Assembly: GCA_039698055.1 (NCBI GenBank)
Contig: JBDKTL010000045.1
Coordinates: 1 to 31,752 of the forward strand
DNA length: 31,752 nucleotides
Source: Methanoregula sp.
GTDB lineage: Archaea; Halobacteriota; Methanomicrobia; Methanomicrobiales; Methanospirillaceae
Reading direction: 5' to 3'
Below, piece by piece: positions 27,506-31,752 of this stretch. The translations under genes were made by a program, and so were the position numbers. Below the pieces are notes generated by a model that worked only from the letters and a program-made list of their open reading frames with translations, made no database searches and was not told the origin of the DNA. Positions within the stretch are counted from its first letter, which is position 1. Each line of letters begins with the position of its first letter.

Positions 27506-28435
27506 ATGAAAATTCTCGTACTTGGCGCTGGTGCGGTCGGTCTTTGTATTGCCGCAAAACTCTCCCGCATCTGTGATGTGCATGCAGTCTCACGGAGAAA
27601 AAACGCTGATGCAATCACAAAGAGCGGTTTTGCACTGACCGGCATCTGGGGGGAAGAGACATACCGGTTCAGCGTAGCAGAAAATGTGCCGGCGGGTGAA
27701 CGCTATGACTATATTTTCATCACCTCAAAATCGCAGGACACCGAATCAATCTGTCGGGAGTATGCAACGGTCATCCGGAATACGGAAACCGTCAGTCTCC
27801 AGAATGGCATTGGCAATGAAGAGATTATCAGCCGGTATACAGATCGCGTGATTGGCGGCATGATTATCACGGGCTTTGAATGGCGTGGCGACGCCGGGGT
27901 GTACGTCTCTGTTGAAGCCGGGGCCATGAAACTCGGGCGGTTCCCGTCGGGTATGGATGCCGGGGTGGAGAAGTTGGTTGAACTGGTCCGTTCTGCCGGT
28001 ATACGGGTGGAAGCAAGTTCATCCATCACTTCGGATCTCTGGTCAAAGACCCTCTATAACTGTGCCTTAAACCCGCTCGGGGCAATAATGGGAGTGCCCT
28101 ATGGAAAACTTGTCCATCCGGCATCGTGGCGGATTATCGAGCAGATTGTCAGGGAGGGTTTCCGGGTTGTCACTGCACAGGGTGTAGCCCTGCCCTGGAA
28201 AAATGCCGAGGAGTATCTTCAATACCTTCGTACCGTCCAGTTGCCGGCAACTGCACTGCACCACTCATCCATGCTGCAGGACATTACCAAAGGCCGGCCG
28301 ACAGAGATCGGTTTTATCAATGGTGCGGTCGTGGAAAAAGGCCGCACGCACGGAATTCCTACACCCTATAATTCCTGTATCGTCGATTTGATCCGGTTCA
28401 GGGAATCGCTTGAAGGACGGAGAGAACACTTGTGA
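27506..28435 (+). CDS. panE: 2-dehydropantoate 2-reductase (ketopantoate reductase family)
   Basis: GAGAVG, TSKS, LQNGIG, WSKTLYNCALNPL, SSMLQDI, TEIGFINGAV. Confidence 0.9.
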   Translation: MKILVLGAGAVGLCIAAKLSRICDVHAVSRRKNADAITKSGFALTGIWGEETYRFSVAENVPAGERYDYIFITSKSQDTESICREYATVIRNTETVSLQNGIGNEEIISRYTDRVIGGMIITGFEWRGDAGVYVSVEAGAMKLGRFPSGMDAGVEKLVELVRSAGIRVEASSSITSDLWSKTLYNCALNPLGAIMGVPYGKLVHPASWRIIEQIVREGFRVVTAQGVALPWKNAEEYLQYLRTVQLPATALHHSSMLQDITKGRPTEIGFINGAVVEKGRTHGIPTPYNSCIVDLIRFRESLEGRREHL

Positions 28436-29034
28436 AATCTGCAATCATTCTTGTCGGCGGAGAAGCGCGGCGGGCAAACGGGCAGGAGAAATATTTTTTC
28501 ACGTACCGGGGCAAGACCTTCATCGAACGGCTGGTTGATTCCCTGCAAACGGTAGTCGATGAGATCATCCTTGTCGCCCGGGATCCCGACCAATGCAAAC
28601 GTTTTCACAAAATTTCGGGAGTCAGGTGCATCACTGACATCAGAAAAGGGCTTGGTCCGATCGGCGGACTTCATGCCGGGGCCCTTGCCGCACAGGGAGA
28701 TCTGGTTTTTGTATCGGCGTGCGATATGCCCTGTATCAATCCGTGCGTTGTCGCCCGGCTTTTTGAGGAGATTGGAAGGTATGATGCTGCCATACCCCAG
28801 TGGAATCCGGATATGCTTGAACCGCTCCACGCGGTATATCGCCGGTCATCCATCCTTTCCTACATGAAATCCCACGATTCGCTCTCGCTGCGTTTCATGA
28901 TAAAAAGTTTAAACAGCCGGTATATTCCGATGGGGGAGATACGCCGGCTGGATCCTGAACTGGCAACTTTTACCAATATCAACAAGATTGAAGATCTTGC
29001 ACAGATGAACCTGCCGTCGTCCGACAATGACTAA
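28432..29034 (+). CDS. mobA: Molybdenum cofactor guanylyltransferase
   Basis: ILVGGEARR...K, GPIGGL, ACDMP, EPLHAVY, FTNIN. GTG start overlaps the panE stop. Confidence 0.9.
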   Translation: MKSAIILVGGEARRANGQEKYFFTYRGKTFIERLVDSLQTVVDEIILVARDPDQCKRFHKISGVRCITDIRKGLGPIGGLHAGALAAQGDLVFVSACDMPCINPCVVARLFEEIGRYDAAIPQWNPDMLEPLHAVYRRSSILSYMKSHDSLSLRFMIKSLNSRYIPMGEIRRLDPELATFTNINKIEDLAQMNLPSSDND

Positions 29035-29221
29035 AACCCCCACAAACGTTCGTCTTCTGACCAGATACCCGGATGGGGAGATCGCAGATTAAACAAGACC
29101 TTGCGGGGGATCCATGTCATTCCGGACGGGTATTGCCCGCGATACGAAGATATAAAGATATATGTAATAACGTCACGGAGTAGTAATTAAGTAAAAGCAG
29201 ATCCGGAATACACAGGGTGGA

Positions 29222-30082
29222 ATGGAGATCGTAAAACACATGGAGCATCTGTCCAGCGAGAATGAGGAGATCCTGCGTCTGTTTATTATCGCAGCAGCTT
29301 TTATCGGTGCGATTCTCTCCACGATCTTTTCATTGACGCACGGGATATTTGAGGTGTTTCCGTTTCTCTATATCCTGCCAATCATTCTTGTTGTTTATTT
29401 CTACCCAAAACGCACCATCGTATTTGCTCTTTTCATCAGCGTTCTTTATATCAGTCTTGTCTACCTGTTCGATTATTCCAATACGTTTCTTATCGCAGTA
29501 TCCACTGCATGGTTTGCAATTTTTATGATCATTGCTGTTGTCGCATCATCATATGCAAACCAGCTTCTCAATGAAAAAGTCCGGATCCACCACATTATTG
29601 AAAACTCAATGGACGGCATGATCTGCATCGACATCGCGTCTCAGACTATCGGTGATATCAACCCGAAATGTGCCCGGTGGCTGAAATACGGTCGGGAAGA
29701 ACTGATTCATAAAAACATCTCGGAGATCTGGCAATCTGCATCGGAACGGGAGGAGTTTATTGCCGAAGTTATCGCTACAAAAACGAGCGTGAATTCCGAA
29801 GGGATCTTTAAGAGAAAAGATAACAGCATTCTCCGGTTCCTTGTCTCTGCTGTGATGGTGACAAAAAAGCAAATCGTCTGTTCGGTCATCGATATCACCG
29901 GCAGCAAGATCGCTGACGAAGAAATACGGCAGACGCTTGAAGATCTTGAAAAACAGGTACGGGAGCGTACCGCCCATCTTGAAAAGATTAACGAGGACCT
30001 CAGGGAGGAAATAAATGAACTCCGGAAAAACGATGCTAACCTGATAGCCGGACATATGAACCCTGATGAGGACAAACCATGA
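29222..30082 (+). CDS. 4-TM plus PAS plus coiled-coil sensor protein lacking a kinase domain
   Basis: Paralogous to the N-terminal half of the next gene; PAS ends in DITGSK; S-helix-like LEKQVRERTAHL; the ORF ends before any H-box. Confidence 0.82.
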   Translation: MEIVKHMEHLSSENEEILRLFIIAAAFIGAILSTIFSLTHGIFEVFPFLYILPIILVVYFYPKRTIVFALFISVLYISLVYLFDYSNTFLIAVSTAWFAIFMIIAVVASSYANQLLNEKVRIHHIIENSMDGMICIDIASQTIGDINPKCARWLKYGREELIHKNISEIWQSASEREEFIAEVIATKTSVNSEGIFKRKDNSILRFLVSAVMVTKKQIVCSVIDITGSKIADEEIRQTLEDLEKQVRERTAHLEKINEDLREEINELRKNDANLIAGHMNPDEDKP

Positions 30083-31533
30083 AAATGACCACCGAAACAA
30101 AACGGGAGATCTACTGGGGTGTCACTATTATCGTGACGATCCTCATCGCCGTCGCCTCTACGGTTTACTCACTCACCCACGGTATCTACGATGTGTTCCC
30201 GTTCCTCTATTTCCTCCCGATCATCCTCTTTGTATATTTCTATCCAAACCGCGGAGTTATCTTCTCTGTCGCCATCAGCGCACTGTTTCTCGTTCAGGTA
30301 TATTACTTCAGTTACCCAAATCTCCCCCTTATTGCGGTATCGACAGCATGGTTTGTCATTTTTGTCACGATCGGTGTCGTCACTTCCTCATTTGCTGAAG
30401 GCCTCCGTGAAGAGGAGAAAAAATACCGGGGAATTTTTGAGAATTCTCAGGCAGGAATATTTACCTTCGATCTTAAATCGCTGCAGATCCTCGAGATGAA
30501 CGGGAAATGCGCCCGGATGCTGAAATATGACCGGAAGGATCTGGTCGGCAGGGAATTGTCGCGCATCGCCCGTGATACCGTAGAACTGGATCTGTTTCTG
30601 TCCCGCATCCGTGGGGGATCGCTGACGGGCGATACGGAGATGTACTTCACCCGGCAGGACAGTGTAATCCGCCAGTTCCTGGTCACGTCTTCCGTTACCC
30701 CGAACAATATCGTCATCTGTTCTGCCATCGATATCACCGAACGAAAACTCGCCGAGCAGGTGATTGAGAAAGCCCGGGACGAACTGGAGAGAAGAGTTGC
30801 AGAGCGGACACAAGACCTCCTGCGGGCAAATGCGGAACTCACGGTCGAGATACAGGAGCGTAAGCGGTTTGAAGGGGCAATACAGCTCGCAAACCGGAAG
30901 CTCAACACACTCTCCAATATCACCCGTCACGATATCCTGAACCAGATTACCGCGATTGTGATGTATCTCTCCCTCACGCAGGAAGTGGTCAAAGATCCCG
31001 AGACCCTCGAACATTTAAAAAAGATAGAACAGGTTACCCAGTTGATCCAAAAACAGATCCAGTTCACCCGCGACTACCAGCATATCGGTGCCAGTGCACC
31101 CCTGTGGCATGATGTAAACTCCACAATTGACGATGCGGTGACGGATCTCAATTTACAGGGTATCAGGATAGAAAAGGATCTGAACAATCTGGAACTGTTT
31201 GCAGATTCCCTGTTTGTCAAGGTGATCTACAACCTGATAGAAAATACGCTGCGCCATGGAGAGAAAGCCACGGTCATCCGGTTCTCCACGGAGATGAAAG
31301 GGGACAATCTTATCCTGGTCTACGAAGACAATGGGGCAGGAGTTCCGGCGCTTGCAAAAGAGCGGATATTCAAGCGTGAATATTTCAGGAATACCGGTTA
31401 CGGGCTTTTCCTTGCATCAGAGATCCTGAGCATCACCGGTCTTACCATCATTGAAAACGGGGAGACCGGGAAAGGCGCACGGTTTGAAATCAACGCTCCA
31501 AAAGGCACCTTCAGGTTCACCAGGCAGATATAA
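30079..31533 (+). CDS. Membrane PAS sensor histidine kinase
   Basis: 4 TM; EKKYRGIFE PAS...DITERK; LERRVAERT; H-box RHDILNQ; NLIENTLRHG; DNGAGV; TGYGLFL; GARFEI. Confidence 0.93.
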   Translation: MKMTTETKREIYWGVTIIVTILIAVASTVYSLTHGIYDVFPFLYFLPIILFVYFYPNRGVIFSVAISALFLVQVYYFSYPNLPLIAVSTAWFVIFVTIGVVTSSFAEGLREEEKKYRGIFENSQAGIFTFDLKSLQILEMNGKCARMLKYDRKDLVGRELSRIARDTVELDLFLSRIRGGSLTGDTEMYFTRQDSVIRQFLVTSSVTPNNIVICSAIDITERKLAEQVIEKARDELERRVAERTQDLLRANAELTVEIQERKRFEGAIQLANRKLNTLSNITRHDILNQITAIVMYLSLTQEVVKDPETLEHLKKIEQVTQLIQKQIQFTRDYQHIGASAPLWHDVNSTIDDAVTDLNLQGIRIEKDLNNLELFADSLFVKVIYNLIENTLRHGEKATVIRFSTEMKGDNLILVYEDNGAGVPALAKERIFKREYFRNTGYGLFLASEILSITGLTIIENGETGKGARFEINAPKGTFRFTRQI

Positions 31534-31693
31534 CGTTATAAGAAATGGTCATCCGCCAATTTTTTAACCAAGATTCTCTTCAAGTTACAACATTTTTTTT
31601 AAGAGAAAATTTCAGGAATGATTATCATAGGACTTACGCAAAAGCGGGATCAAACCGGCAGATCAAAATAATTTAACGACAGAAGAAAAGACC

Positions 31694-31752
31694 GTGGACA
31701 AGTCACGGAAGATAACCGACTTGGATTACATCAATTTCCTTGTAGTTGCGCA
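31694..31752 (+). mobile_element. Possible 5' start or remnant of an IS701-family transposase, truncated by the window edge
   Basis: GTG-initiated frame open to the edge: MDKSRKITDLDYINFLVVA(Q/H). From memory, TDxDYINFLxxA resembles the N-termini of IS701-type transposases in methanogens. Only 19 codons are visible. Confidence 0.35.

Noticed and set aside
1-31752. CRISPR array, rRNA, integrase or prophage genes
   Set aside because: No regularly spaced repeats, rRNA-like sequence or tyrosine/serine recombinase motifs were found by eye.

Overview
Archaeal chromosome segment, very likely a Methanomicrobiales methanogen (Methanoregula-like). Support: archaeal-type ThrRS, group I GGGP synthase, a PGF-pre-PGF surface protein with a WWIRRQNPALF tail, and an HDILNQ-type kinase. 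Most of the window is housekeeping: tRNA-Leu(UAA), asnB-like/gatCAB/topA operon, GGGPS, trmJ, dcd, thrS, purB, tspO, XPD/Rad3 helicase with ogt, panE, mobA, three related 4-TM PAS sensors, a large adhesin and a beta-propeller surface protein. Probable IS fragments sit at both edges (IS481-like at left, weaker IS701-like at right). The standout is between trmJ and dcd. An AT-rich gene for a divergent uracil-DNA-glycosylase-superfamily protein is bracketed by two same-orientation 76-bp sites with identical architecture (CCCCACT-N11-GATCCG-N45-CGGATGA) but different foldable interiors. One site begins a few bases after the stop codon. This resembles an integron-type gene cassette with attC-like sites and no integrase in view, carrying a candidate antiviral DNA glycosylase. 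All family calls come from motif recognition by eye; no searches were run.
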